Of a stretch of DNA of 64,000 nt, positions 19,493-29,474 are shown piece by piece. Under the pieces are notes generated by a model, which did not search any database, was not told the origin of the DNA, and saw only the letters and a program-made list of their open reading frames with translations. The DNA is from a virus: the IMG/VR virus record IMGVR_UViG_3300025030_000051, positions 48,829-112,828 of that record. One strand, written 5' to 3'. The first letter of the stretch is position 1, and every line of letters begins with the position of its first letter. Made by a program: the position numbers and the translations under genes.

Positions 19493-22400
19493 CTAATTTA
19501 TTTTTTGAATTTCATAATTTTTCATTTTTGTAAAACCATACTCGTTTTTATATACTACTATTACAATAAAATCTCCTGCTTCTATTTGAATTATATCTTT
19601 AGAATCAAATGTAGTTATATAAATTTGTTCATATTCATCTTCAATAATAATTCTATAATACTCTCTTCCTGTTTTTTTAGATTTTTTACTCTCAATTTCT
19701 GTAATTATTCCACAAGTAATAAATGAACCATTTACAGAATTCTTTAAATCAGTGGGACTTTTAAAATCAGCTATTTCAAGTCCCTCAAAAAATGAATTTT
19801 TTAATATATTAAATTTTTTATTAAAAGGATGAACTGAAAAATAAAATTCAAAATATTTTTTTTCAAATTGTAATTTTTCTTTTTCATTCCAGTCTTGAAT
19901 ATCTTTATTTTCTTCTAATAATGCATCAATTTTAGTTTTAATATTACTAGATTTTATTTTTTTTACTTCATTTATAATAAATTCTAGTAACTTTGAATTA
20001 CTATATATATTTTCAAAAAATTGTAATCTACAAAGAGGTTCATAACTTCTTTTAGAAATTTTATTTTCATTAATTAATTTACAAATTTCATATATATTGT
20101 TTGGATTAAAACTATTTATACTTTCTATATCTTTGGATGAAATTCCTTTTACTATATTAAGACCAAAAGTTATAATTTTATTGTCATAATCAACAGCAAA
20201 GTTATTAGAAGTATATCCACACTTAAAATTACTTATAGTAACACCTTGTTCTTTTGCTTGTTTCATAAACCAACTTAACTCTTTTTTCTCACATTTATTA
20301 AATAGTGAAGAAAAATATTCTAAGGGGTAATGAACCTTTAAATACATAGCAATATAAGCATTTATAGAATATGCTAGCGAATGAGACTTAACAAAAGAAT
20401 ATTGCGAATATTTAATTAATGTATTAAAAAGTTCATTAGCGTTTTTTTCACTTATTCCATTTAATATAGCAGATTTTTTAAATTTAGAAATTTTTTCATT
20501 AAATTCAGTTGTATAATCTTTTTTAGAATCTTGTTTTGCCAAAGTTTTTAATAATTTTCTTATACTATCAGATTCTGTTAAAGTAAAGTTACCTAATTTT
20601 TGTAAAATAAGCATTATCTGTTCTTGAAAAATTATTAATCCATAAGTACTGATAAGATTTTCCCAAATAATGGGATGTATTTTATTATATTTTTCTTTTG
20701 CCTTTTCAGTATTATTTTTATTATAAAAGTATTCATCAACAATACCTGCACTTATAGGTCCTGGTCTCCATAAAGCATTTAAACTTGTTAAATCTTCTAT
20801 ATTTTCCGGTTGCATTTTTATCATCAAATTTATCATTGAATCAGATCCAAATTGAAATATATCTCTAGTATTTCCTTTTTTAAATTCATCATATACTTTT
20901 GCATCATTAAAGTCAGAAGTTAATATTTCAGTTTCCATATGTTTCGTATTATGCTTTTTTTCAATAAGATTAAAAGTATTATTTATAACAGAAGCAGTTG
21001 TAAGTCCCAAAATATCAAGTTTCATATATCCTAATTCAGCAATTCCACGTTCATCAACAGAATCTTGAATACCTGTTATAATTTCACCCCCTATTATCTG
21101 TAAGGGTAAATCAGAATCAACTAATTTTTTATCTGAAATAATAATACCGCTTGCATGTTTTCCAAGCTGTCTTGCTAAACCTTCAAATTTACTACCTATT
21201 TTAACAAATAATTCATAATTATCATCTATAAATTTTACCGTTTTATAATCTTTTAACTTCTCAAGAATTTTTCTTGCATTTTTTATTTCTTTTTCAATAG
21301 TAGAATTAATTATATTATCATTAAAAATTTTTGTTAGTTTATTAGTAGCATCAAAATTTAATTCAAAAATTCTACTTAAATCTTTTACTATTGTTTTAGA
21401 AGCAAATCTACTAAAATTACCCACGTGACAAACTTTGTTAACACCGTATTTATCTTTTAAATAACCTTCAATTTGTTTTTGATGTTCAGAATCAAAATCA
21501 ATGTCTATATCAGGAGGATCTTTTCTGGCACTATTAGCAAATCTTTCAAAAATTAAATTATATTTTAAAGGATCTATTTTTGTTAAATCTGTTAACCATA
21601 AACATACACTACTGGGCGCTGAACCCCTACCAGCACCAGTAAATCCTTCAGTTTTTTCAACAAAGTTTTTAATAATATCTTCAATAATTAAAAAATAGTC
21701 ATTAAAACCTTTTTCTTTAAATAAAGAAAACTCATATTTTGCTTGATTTAAATATTTTTCATGTAAATCATATTTTATTAAACCATTTTTAATTTTATTA
21801 ATATAACCTTGTTTTATTTTTTCTAAAAAAAGTTCATCAGCTTCATTTTTAGTAGAACAAAATTTAGGATAATTGTTTTTATACAATTCAATATCAAAAT
21901 TTTCAACTTTATCAGCTATTTCATTAGTATTTTTTAATGATTCAAACAAAATATCTTGTAATTTAACAGGTTCTTTAATTATTAAATTATTAATTTCTTC
22001 TTCAGTTTTAAAATATAGTTCTCTAGCTTCATAAAACCAATCGTCTAAGGTCATCGATTTAATTGTTTTCTTTTGCTTAATACAATATAGTAAATATTGA
22101 ATATAATAATCACTTTTGTCTAAATAATGAACGTCTAAACCAAAAACTGGTTTTATATTTAATTCTTTACAAAATTCAAGATTAACTAAATTAACTTTTC
22201 TTTGTATTTCTATACTGTTTAGTTGAAATTCTATATAAAAATTATCTTTAAATTTATTTTTATATTTCTTATATAATTCTCTTACTTCATTTATTTTACC
22301 TAAAACTATTTTTTTATTAAAAATACTTCCTAAACAAGCTGTAGTAATAATATTATTGTCATCTAAAAATTCAAAAACCATGTCTTGACTTAATAATGGC

Positions 22401-22783
22401 TTTCTGTAAAAATTAAAAAACCCTCTATTAGAAAGATGAATACAATTTTGTAGTCCTTTATAATTTTTTGCTAAAATAATTAAATGAGAGTTTTTTTCAT
22501 TTTTTTCATCTCCAATATCTTCAGCAGATTTTTTATTAAGTTCAAGAAATCTTTCTTTGTCTTGATAATACAAATCATTAATATAAATCTCACAGCCCAT
22601 TATAGGTTTTATTTTATTTTCTTTACATGATTTATAAAACTTTAAAAAAGACATCATATTACCATGCTCAGTTAAAGAAATAGCTTCACATCCAATTTTT
22701 TTAGCTTTTTCAACTATATCATCTATTCTAGCTACTGCATCACCTAAAGAAAATGTACTATGAACGTGAATTGGTGTGTACAT
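19493..22783 (-). CDS. dnaE: DNA polymerase III alpha subunit (family C), PHP domain intact
   Basis: HVHSTFSLGD, GCE, GRGSA, PDIDIDF, KLDILGL, FQEQ, FVKSHSLAY, C-terminal OB fold. Confidence 0.95.
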   Translation of the reverse strand: MYTPIHVHSTFSLGDAVARIDDIVEKAKKIGCEAISLTEHGNMMSFLKFYKSCKENKIKPIMGCEIYINDLYYQDKERFLELNKKSAEDIGDEKNEKNSHLIILAKNYKGLQNCIHLSNRGFFNFYRKPLLSQDMVFEFLDDNNIITTACLGSIFNKKIVLGKINEVRELYKKYKNKFKDNFYIEFQLNSIEIQRKVNLVNLEFCKELNIKPVFGLDVHYLDKSDYYIQYLLYCIKQKKTIKSMTLDDWFYEARELYFKTEEEINNLIIKEPVKLQDILFESLKNTNEIADKVENFDIELYKNNYPKFCSTKNEADELFLEKIKQGYINKIKNGLIKYDLHEKYLNQAKYEFSLFKEKGFNDYFLIIEDIIKNFVEKTEGFTGAGRGSAPSSVCLWLTDLTKIDPLKYNLIFERFANSARKDPPDIDIDFDSEHQKQIEGYLKDKYGVNKVCHVGNFSRFASKTIVKDLSRIFELNFDATNKLTKIFNDNIINSTIEKEIKNARKILEKLKDYKTVKFIDDNYELFVKIGSKFEGLARQLGKHASGIIISDKKLVDSDLPLQIIGGEIITGIQDSVDERGIAELGYMKLDILGLTTASVINNTFNLIEKKHNTKHMETEILTSDFNDAKVYDEFKKGNTRDIFQFGSDSMINLMIKMQPENIEDLTSLNALWRPGPISAGIVDEYFYNKNNTEKAKEKYNKIHPIIWENLISTYGLIIFQEQIMLILQKLGNFTLTESDSIRKLLKTLAKQDSKKDYTTEFNEKISKFKKSAILNGISEKNANELFNTLIKYSQYSFVKSHSLAYSINAYIAMYLKVHYPLEYFSSLFNKCEKKELSWFMKQAKEQGVTISNFKCGYTSNNFAVDYDNKIITFGLNIVKGISSKDIESINSFNPNNIYEICKLINENKISKRSYEPLCRLQFFENIYSNSKLLEFIINEVKKIKSSNIKTKIDALLEENKDIQDWNEKEKLQFEKKYFEFYFSVHPFNKKFNILKNSFFEGLEIADFKSPTDLKNSVNGSFITCGIITEIESKKSKKTGREYYRIIIEDEYEQIYITTFDSKDIIQIEAGDFIVIVVYKNEYGFTKMKNYEIQKIN

Positions 22784-23354
22784 TTATAATCTCATGTAAT
22801 AAATTCATAATTTCTTTTTTATAATCTTTTATCTTACTTTTATTATATGAATAATAATAACTAGGATGCTTTAATTTAAAAATTTTATTAAAATAATTTG
22901 TATTTTCTAATATTATTTTTAAATTATTATATACTGAATTTCCAAGAGCTACTATATACTCTGGTTTTACAATTTCTAACTCATTATAAAAAATATAACT
23001 ACAATCAATAACATTTTTTTTACTAATTTTATTATTAATAGTAGAACATTTAACTAAATTAGTTATATAAAAGTATTCTAAAACTTTAAATTCTCTAAAA
23101 ATATCCAAAAAGTTTTGACTTGAACTTTTTTGTTTTTCGTGTCCTAAAAATATAAAATAGTTTTCTATAATTCTTTTTGAAGAAGGATTTTGTCCTACAA
23201 GCATTATTTTACTATTTTTTCCAAAAGATGGTAAAAGTTTTCCTGGATCAAAAGCTTTTACAGAATTTACTTTAAGTTCATGTAGTTCACACTTTTGGCA
23301 ACAAATAATTTTTTTAGCTAAATCTTTATCTATCCTATCTAAATTTAAATTCAC
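22758..23354 (-). CDS. Uracil-DNA glycosylase family 4/5-like protein
   Basis: CQKCEL, LVGQNP, YITNLVKC, IVALG, HPSY. Confidence 0.85.
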   Translation of the reverse strand: MNLNLDRIDKDLAKKIICCQKCELHELKVNSVKAFDPGKLLPSFGKNSKIMLVGQNPSSKRIIENYFIFLGHEKQKSSSQNFLDIFREFKVLEYFYITNLVKCSTINNKISKKNVIDCSYIFYNELEIVKPEYIVALGNSVYNNLKIILENTNYFNKIFKLKHPSYYYSYNKSKIKDYKKEIMNLLHEIINVHTNSRS

Positions 23355-23899
23355 AGCAATTTATGATAACTTACAGTATTTATAAAAATAGTACCTAATT
23401 TTAAAATCTCAGTATTTCTACTTAATTTATTATAAACATATATGTAAATTTTAATTAAATTACATATATCATTTTTAAATTTACTATCTATTTCGCTTCT
23501 TATAATAATATGCATATCAAGTAAATTTTTATTAACTATAAAACTAACCATAGAAATACAGGCAGCCATATTTTCATCAAAATAATCTTTTGGTCTAATA
23601 ACTACTTTTCGAGTAAATATATCGTCTTTAGCGTATCTATTGTATAATTTATTAAATATATCACATATTTCATCAAATTCAAGCGCATCATAAGAATGCG
23701 GTGATATTATTTTATTTTCTATTATATAATTAAAAATATTATTTTCTAATTCTTCAATAGTACATTTTAAATATATTTTATAATTTAAATTATAAATTTC
23801 TTTATACTTCTTATTATCTCTAATAACAAAATTATTATTACTTTTTAATTTTTTATTCAATTCTAAATATTTTGTTTCTATTTGATAATCTACTTTCAT
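23351..23899 (-). CDS. Thymidylate-synthase-fold enzyme, dCMP hydroxymethylase/hydroxylase-like
   Basis: DIFTRKVVI, AACIS (catalytic Cys), IRS..FKND, SYH. Confidence 0.6.
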   Translation of the reverse strand: MKVDYQIETKYLELNKKLKSNNNFVIRDNKKYKEIYNLNYKIYLKCTIEELENNIFNYIIENKIISPHSYDALEFDEICDIFNKLYNRYAKDDIFTRKVVIRPKDYFDENMAACISMVSFIVNKNLLDMHIIIRSEIDSKFKNDICNLIKIYIYVYNKLSRNTEILKLGTIFINTVSYHKLL

Positions 23900-24329
23900 T
23901 TTGAGTATTTTTTATAATTTTTTTTGCTATTATTTTTTGATTTAAATTTGAAGTATCTATTTCGATATAATTATTAAAATTAAGTATTTTTTTATTAAAA
24001 GCTTTATTTATAAAATTATTATATTCTCTTAAATGAACTTTAATATTCATATATTTTTCATTAGTATTAACGTGTCTTTGTTTTAATATAGATTCATCAG
24101 CATAAAAATAAATAAAATATGAATTATAATAATTTAAAAAAACTTTTAATAAATTCCAAAAATATTTATTATTAACATTCCTTTTAAATATTTTAGCATA
24201 AACAAGAACAGAAAGAGGTGTTCTATCTGTCATATAATATGAACCACTACTTTGTTTAACTATTTCTTTAAAAGTTGAAGTTTTACCTGAACGATCAACT
24301 CCCTCTAATAATAAAAATACATTATTCAT
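23853..24329 (-). CDS. Deoxynucleoside monophosphate kinase
   Basis: EGVDRSGKTS P-loop, DRTPLSVLVY, IDTS. Confidence 0.85.
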   Translation of the reverse strand: MNNVFLLLEGVDRSGKTSTFKEIVKQSSGSYYMTDRTPLSVLVYAKIFKRNVNNKYFWNLLKVFLNYYNSYFIYFYADESILKQRHVNTNEKYMNIKVHLREYNNFINKAFNKKILNFNNYIEIDTSNLNQKIIAKKIIKNTQNESRLSNRNKIFRIE

Positions 24330-24408
24330 TTACAAAAATTGTTTAATTTTTTCAAAAGAAATGATATTTTTATAAAATTAATACACTTACTTATCATAGA
24401 TTTTTTAC

Positions 24409-25527
24409 TCAATAATTTGATTTTTCATAATTAAAAATATCTTTGAATTTCTCTTTATAAAAATTAAGATCTGTAGCCATTTTAATATAATCTTTATTTT
24501 CTTTAATTTCTTTAAGTGCTACTTCATAATTAATTGATTTAATTTTATCAGGAACTTCATTCAATTTTACAACATATTTTCTAAATACTTTTAATAATTC
24601 TGGATAATGTTGTAATCCTCTTTCTAAATTAGCTTCATTGTGAATTAATGAAATTGTATCAGATGCTAATGCTTCAAAGAATCGTATATTAGAAAAATGA
24701 TTAGAATCATAAGATGGAATAATCATTGTAAACCTTGATTTTCCAACTTCTGTATTATACTTATAAATGTTTACAAGTGTATTAATATCTGCAAATTTAT
24801 CCTTTAAGTAAATATTATTTGAAAGTCTTAAATCTTCTAAATTTTGCTTGAGTTTAATAATCTGTGATGTAATATATGTTCTTTTTTTTGTTAGTATTGT
24901 ACAGCCAAAAGTAAAATCAATATTTTTAAAAGATGGATTAATATTATTATAAAAAAATCCGTATTCTACAAATGGCACCCATCTCATATTTTCTGGTGGG
25001 GGACAATCAAAAAAGTACCATCTATTTTTAATAAAATCAGGCTCTTGTGGATCTGTAATCATTTGAAATGATTCAATACCTTTTACTTCTTGAATATAAT
25101 ATGCAAATAATGCTCTATTAAGATAACTAAAATTTATATTAAAATTTGTTTTATAAAAATCACTATGTAATGAATTTTCATAATCTTGTTTAATAGGATC
25201 ATTAATGCCCCTTCTATAATTTTTCATAACTCCTAAATAAACTATTAGATGCTTATCAATTTTATATTTACTTAAAATTTTATCTATAAATGCATATGAT
25301 TTTTTCCAAGATTTTTCTGTAAAATAATCATCTTGCGCATCAATAATAGTAATATTAGGAATATCATATAATGCAAAAAATTTCTTATCTATAGTTTTTC
25401 TTTCCTTGTATGGATTAATAAAATAATAATGATTTTTAGTATCTAAAAAAAGAAATTTAAAATAGTTATTATATTTAGCACTTTCATATCTAGATATCAT
25501 TTTTAAAAAACTCAATAAAATATTCAT
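24409..25527 (-). CDS. Putative DNA glycosyltransferase (GT-B, beta-glucosyltransferase-like)
   Basis: ITDP, DFTFG, SRFTMIIP, RFFEALAS..SLI; nucleotide-modification context. Confidence 0.55.
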   Translation of the reverse strand: MNILLSFLKMISRYESAKYNNYFKFLFLDTKNHYYFINPYKERKTIDKKFFALYDIPNITIIDAQDDYFTEKSWKKSYAFIDKILSKYKIDKHLIVYLGVMKNYRRGINDPIKQDYENSLHSDFYKTNFNINFSYLNRALFAYYIQEVKGIESFQMITDPQEPDFIKNRWYFFDCPPPENMRWVPFVEYGFFYNNINPSFKNIDFTFGCTILTKKRTYITSQIIKLKQNLEDLRLSNNIYLKDKFADINTLVNIYKYNTEVGKSRFTMIIPSYDSNHFSNIRFFEALASDTISLIHNEANLERGLQHYPELLKVFRKYVVKLNEVPDKIKSINYEVALKEIKENKDYIKMATDLNFYKEKFKDIFNYEKSNY

Positions 25528-25559
25528 ATTTGTTTAATTTACTTTATTGATTAACTTTT

Positions 25560-26555
25560 TCATAAACTTTTATAAATATTTATTATTGAATTATAAGTTT
25601 TTAAAATACCAAGTCTGTCGTTATAAGCTTCATTTGGAAGTTTATAATCAAAAAATTTATAAAAATTTTCAGATATACCATTGTGATTTTTTAAATAATC
25701 TAAATCTTTATTTATTTTTATATGTTTATTTATAAGTTCGTCAAACGTAATACCTGTTAATTCACAAATAATATTTAAATAATGCTTAAAAGGCATCGGT
25801 TTATTTCTACTAATTATAAAATCTTTTCCAGATAAGTTATCAAAATTATTTAATATAAAATAAAACATTTTGGCAAAATATTCACTTCTCATATAGTCTT
25901 TAAAAATTTCAGGATCTAAAAATACTGAGAGTTGTTTATTAGTTTTGTTTATTTTATTTAAATAAATTCTTTCTAATATTTTTCTTATCATAGATGAATT
26001 ATCATATGGAGCATCACCATAAATAAATACAGGCTTTATTGTTAAAAATTTTTGTTTTTTAAGCGATTGTTTTATAGCAAGTTCAGCACTATATTTTGTT
26101 AAACCATATATAGTTTTTGGATTTATTGTAGCAGTTTCATTAAATTTTCCATTATTTTTCATATATTCATCTGGATCAAATATAGCTGTTGTTGAAAAAT
26201 TTATAATTTTACATTTTTTTTTAAGAGCTATATCTATTAAATACTGTGTTCCTAAAACGTTAGACTTAACAGCATCATAAAAATATTTTTCACACTTATC
26301 AGTATTTACATAAGCAGCTGTATGAATTATTATAGAATTTTCATCTAAACTGTTTTGTATATAATTTAAATTTTTTTTACTGGTAATATCAATTTCAGAA
26401 TCTTTAATTTGCTTGTTTTTTAAATAATGAAAAACATTAGTATAAGTCGCATACAACTTATTATATATAATTTCATATTTATTGTAATCTAAAATATCTA
26501 TAATAGATTTAGCTAACATACCTGTATGACCAGTTATAAACAATTTAGTTTTCAT
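25560..26555 (-). CDS. NAD-dependent nucleotide-sugar epimerase/reductase (RmlD-like SDR)
   Basis: ITGHTGMLA, HTAAY, NVLGT, YGLTK. Confidence 0.85.
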   Translation of the reverse strand: MKTKLFITGHTGMLAKSIIDILDYNKYEIIYNKLYATYTNVFHYLKNKQIKDSEIDITSKKNLNYIQNSLDENSIIIHTAAYVNTDKCEKYFYDAVKSNVLGTQYLIDIALKKKCKIINFSTTAIFDPDEYMKNNGKFNETATINPKTIYGLTKYSAELAIKQSLKKQKFLTIKPVFIYGDAPYDNSSMIRKILERIYLNKINKTNKQLSVFLDPEIFKDYMRSEYFAKMFYFILNNFDNLSGKDFIISRNKPMPFKHYLNIICELTGITFDELINKHIKINKDLDYLKNHNGISENFYKFFDYKLPNEAYNDRLGILKTYNSIINIYKSL

Positions 26556-27519
26556 TTAATAATTTTATAAAGTTTTTATGTTCCTTAAATGAAATTATCC
26601 TATTATCTAACTTTTTTATTATTTCTTCATAAGACAGATCACATATAAATTTATTATATTTAAAAAATACAGTAAATCCATTTTTAGCTAAAATATTACA
26701 ATTATCTATATCATCATCAAACACAAATTTTTTGTCATTATTATTAAAATTTTTAATAATATATTTTTCTTTTTGTTCCTCCCAAATTATTGCATCATAT
26801 TTAAATTTATTATTTTTAAGCCATTCTAGTGTATCTGAATAAATTCTAGATATTTTTTTATATGGTCTTGCTGTTATCAAAATAATAAAATAATTTCTTT
26901 TACTTAATTCATCTAACAACTCTTTAGAATCATCTATAATAGCCATTTTTCTTTTAATGCCAGATAAGCGATACAATGTTTTTAATTCATATAATTGTAA
27001 TTTAGGAATTATTTTTTCTAATTCTTCTAAATTTTTAATATTTTTATTTAATTTTTCATTAACAAAATCTATAAAACATTTTGGCCAATTTGCAATAACC
27101 CCATCAATATCAATAAATGCAATATTTTTATCTTTTTTATTTTTTATATTATTTAACATAATATTTTGATCAAACTTATCGTTTACAACATTAGATTTAT
27201 CTATAAATTTATTATAAATTTGTTCATAAGTAAAACCATTTATTATAAGAGTTTCTAATAAATATTTTAATGTATCTATTCCTTCTTCTAATAAATTATC
27301 TTTAACGTCATCACCGTCTTTGTCGACGTGTGATTTCCAATCAACCTCATCTAATAATTCACTTGCTTCTTTTATCGTGGCTAAAATAAATTCTTTATTC
27401 CACTTTATTGTTAATTCTTTATCTTCAATTATTTTACTATAATCAATATTATATTTTACTTTAAAAAATTTTTCAGTAAATTTTTTTTGAATATTATAAA
27501 TTTCTTCTAATCTATCCAT
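26545..27519 (-). CDS. All-alpha dNTP pyrophosphatase (dCTPase/dUTPase/MazG-like) fused to a HAD 5'-nucleotidase
   Basis: EASELLDEVDWK, EEGID; DIDGV, ITAR, FDDD. Confidence 0.8.
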   Translation of the reverse strand: MDRLEEIYNIQKKFTEKFFKVKYNIDYSKIIEDKELTIKWNKEFILATIKEASELLDEVDWKSHVDKDGDDVKDNLLEEGIDTLKYLLETLIINGFTYEQIYNKFIDKSNVVNDKFDQNIMLNNIKNKKDKNIAFIDIDGVIANWPKCFIDFVNEKLNKNIKNLEELEKIIPKLQLYELKTLYRLSGIKRKMAIIDDSKELLDELSKRNYFIILITARPYKKISRIYSDTLEWLKNNKFKYDAIIWEEQKEKYIIKNFNNNDKKFVFDDDIDNCNILAKNGFTVFFKYNKFICDLSYEEIIKKLDNRIISFKEHKNFIKLLNEN

Positions 27520-28419
27520 TTATTTTTCAAATCTTTCAATTATTTGTTCCATTTTTATTTTGTGTGACCATTGTGCATAACGACCAATATGAATTATATT
27601 ATTTCCAGTTTTATTTATGTTATCATAAGAAAATTTAATTTGAGCAAATGGAAGTGTAATTTTATCTAAAACCTTATATTCATCCATTAAAATATCTGTT
27701 TTTCCTTTCACTTCAAAAACCACATAATCTTCAAATAAATTACAACGATGCCATTGAGTAGAAGCTATTGAATAGAAATATTCTAATTGTAAACTATTTT
27801 TTATGTTTTTTAAATAATTGTTATATTCACATTTAAAAAATGTTGTATTGAATGCTGTAAAATCATGATTATTTATATTAATTTTGGATAATTTTTGAAA
27901 CATATTTATAGGAAGAGTATTGATTAAAAAATCATATTTTTTTTCTTGTGATGATACTAAATATAAAATATTTTTCTCAATATCAATTTTTTTTACTTTA
28001 TCTATAATAATTCTTTCAAAAACTAATTCTTCTAATCTTTTAAGAATTAAATTATAGTCAATATCAAAAACAGTAAGTTTATTTTTACCAGAAGATAGTA
28101 CTGATGGGTGTATTTCATTCTTATTTAATTCTCTAGTTTTTAAAGCATATTTTTTCTTAAAATTACCATCAATATAATCTTTTATTGAACTATCTTCGTA
28201 CATATAACCAATTTTAACTTCTCTAATTTTTATGTCTTCTAATATAATTTTATTAAAAAAAGATTTTGTATGTTTATTTACTTCAAGTAAACGAGGTCCT
28301 AGTTGAAATTTATTAAGATTTTGCCATCCACCAATACGATCAGTAATGAGTTCATATTTTTTATTATAAAATGCTGAAACTAATCCAGCAACACCCCCTC
28401 CAATAACAAATAATTTAAT
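27520..28419 (-). CDS. FAD-dependent oxidoreductase, UDP-galactopyranose mutase-like; probable ATT/ATA start
   Basis: Frame stays open upstream of the track ATG: FVIGGGVAGL (GxGxxG), DRIGG, GPRLL; INTLP; C-terminal GRYAQW; GGAG 6 nt before ATT at 28419. Confidence 0.7.
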   Translation of the reverse strand: MKLFVIGGGVAGLVSAFYNKKYELITDRIGGWQNLNKFQLGPRLLEVNKHTKSFFNKIILEDIKIREVKIGYMYEDSSIKDYIDGNFKKKYALKTRELNKNEIHPSVLSSGKNKLTVFDIDYNLILKRLEELVFERIIIDKVKKIDIEKNILYLVSSQEKKYDFLINTLPINMFQKLSKININNHDFTAFNTTFFKCEYNNYLKNIKNSLQLEYFYSIASTQWHRCNLFEDYVVFEVKGKTDILMDEYKVLDKITLPFAQIKFSYDNINKTGNNIIHIGRYAQWSHKIKMEQIIERFEK

Positions 28420-28790
28420 ATTTATCTCCCATTCGAGAATTGCTTGTTAGCTTTATGAATATTAAAATCAAAAATAATTAATTTATTCCAATATTTCAAA
28501 TCATTTATCATCTTAATTCTTATAGGCTGCCAAATAAATCTCCAAAAATCATCAGTGATATAAGAAATTTTCTCCTGTCTTCCCAATTCCAAGAATCCAA
28601 TACATGGTTGACACGTATATATTATATTAAAAATCTCTTTTGATATTTCAATCATTTTTTTAAAATTTCACTAAAATATTAAAATCTTTTGCGAACAAAC
28701 ATTATCAACCAATCTATAAATTGTATTCCATAAGCTCCTTTAATTTTTATTTTTTCATTGTATAACACTTATAATTAAATAACATTCCTA

Positions 28791-29243
28791 TTATTTTGAA
28801 ACTACTATGATTCTTTCATCTATTAAAATATTTTCTATAACTAATCTAACATCATTCCAGCTTAGTTTTCCGTTGCCGCATCCTGGTCTTGGAAAATATA
28901 CCTTTGAAATATTTTTTGTATAATATGAATTATTTAAATACACTATTAACTGCCTTGCTGACCTTTCAATTAATTTTATATCTGAATTTTCTGTCCATAT
29001 ATGCTTTGTTGGAAAAGTAAACATTCTGTATCTATCTAACATATATACATTGTTGCCAAAGTTTTTTAATAAGTGTCCTAATTCTTTTGGCAATAAAAAG
29101 AATTTTTCTTTGGCTTGAAGTGCGATTCCCCTACCCATTACTGCTTCTTTATTCTTCTTAACAAATCCATTAGTAGTAATACAGATATAAGATTCTTTGT
29201 CTGAATTATAGAGATCCCAGATATTAGCTTTTATTTCTTTCAT
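28791..29243 (-). CDS. Macro-domain (ADP-ribose processing) protein
   Basis: ITTNG, MGRGIALQ, FPTK, PRPGCGNGKLSW. Confidence 0.85.
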   Translation of the reverse strand: MKEIKANIWDLYNSDKESYICITTNGFVKKNKEAVMGRGIALQAKEKFFLLPKELGHLLKNFGNNVYMLDRYRMFTFPTKHIWTENSDIKLIERSARQLIVYLNNSYYTKNISKVYFPRPGCGNGKLSWNDVRLVIENILIDERIIVVSK

Positions 29244-29439
29244 TTTCTTTTTTGACTGATGAATAACCGTCTTTCGACCACGAATCCCCTCTAAACTCTA
29301 TAGTTGGCAGAAATATAACTGTTTCCATTTTATCATTACACTGAGGACAGATTCTTCTTGAACTGTTAAATTCTTCTAATGTTAGTCTTATATCTTTTTC
29401 AATTAACTTGCAATTTTTGCACTTGAAGTCGTATAACAT
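29224..29439 (-). CDS. FmdB-like zinc-ribbon protein
   Basis: YDFKCKNC..CPQC..FRGDSW. Confidence 0.75.
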   Translation of the reverse strand: MLYDFKCKNCKLIEKDIRLTLEEFNSSRRICPQCNDKMETVIFLPTIEFRGDSWSKDGYSSVKKENERNKS

Positions 29440-29474
29440 TTATTTATCTTAAATATAATTTAAAATTCAATTAA

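Noticed and set aside
15342-28425. Uracil-substituted (dU) genome
   Set aside because: UDG-like and ThyX-like genes plus a glycosyltransferase fit glycosylated cytosine better; not formally excluded
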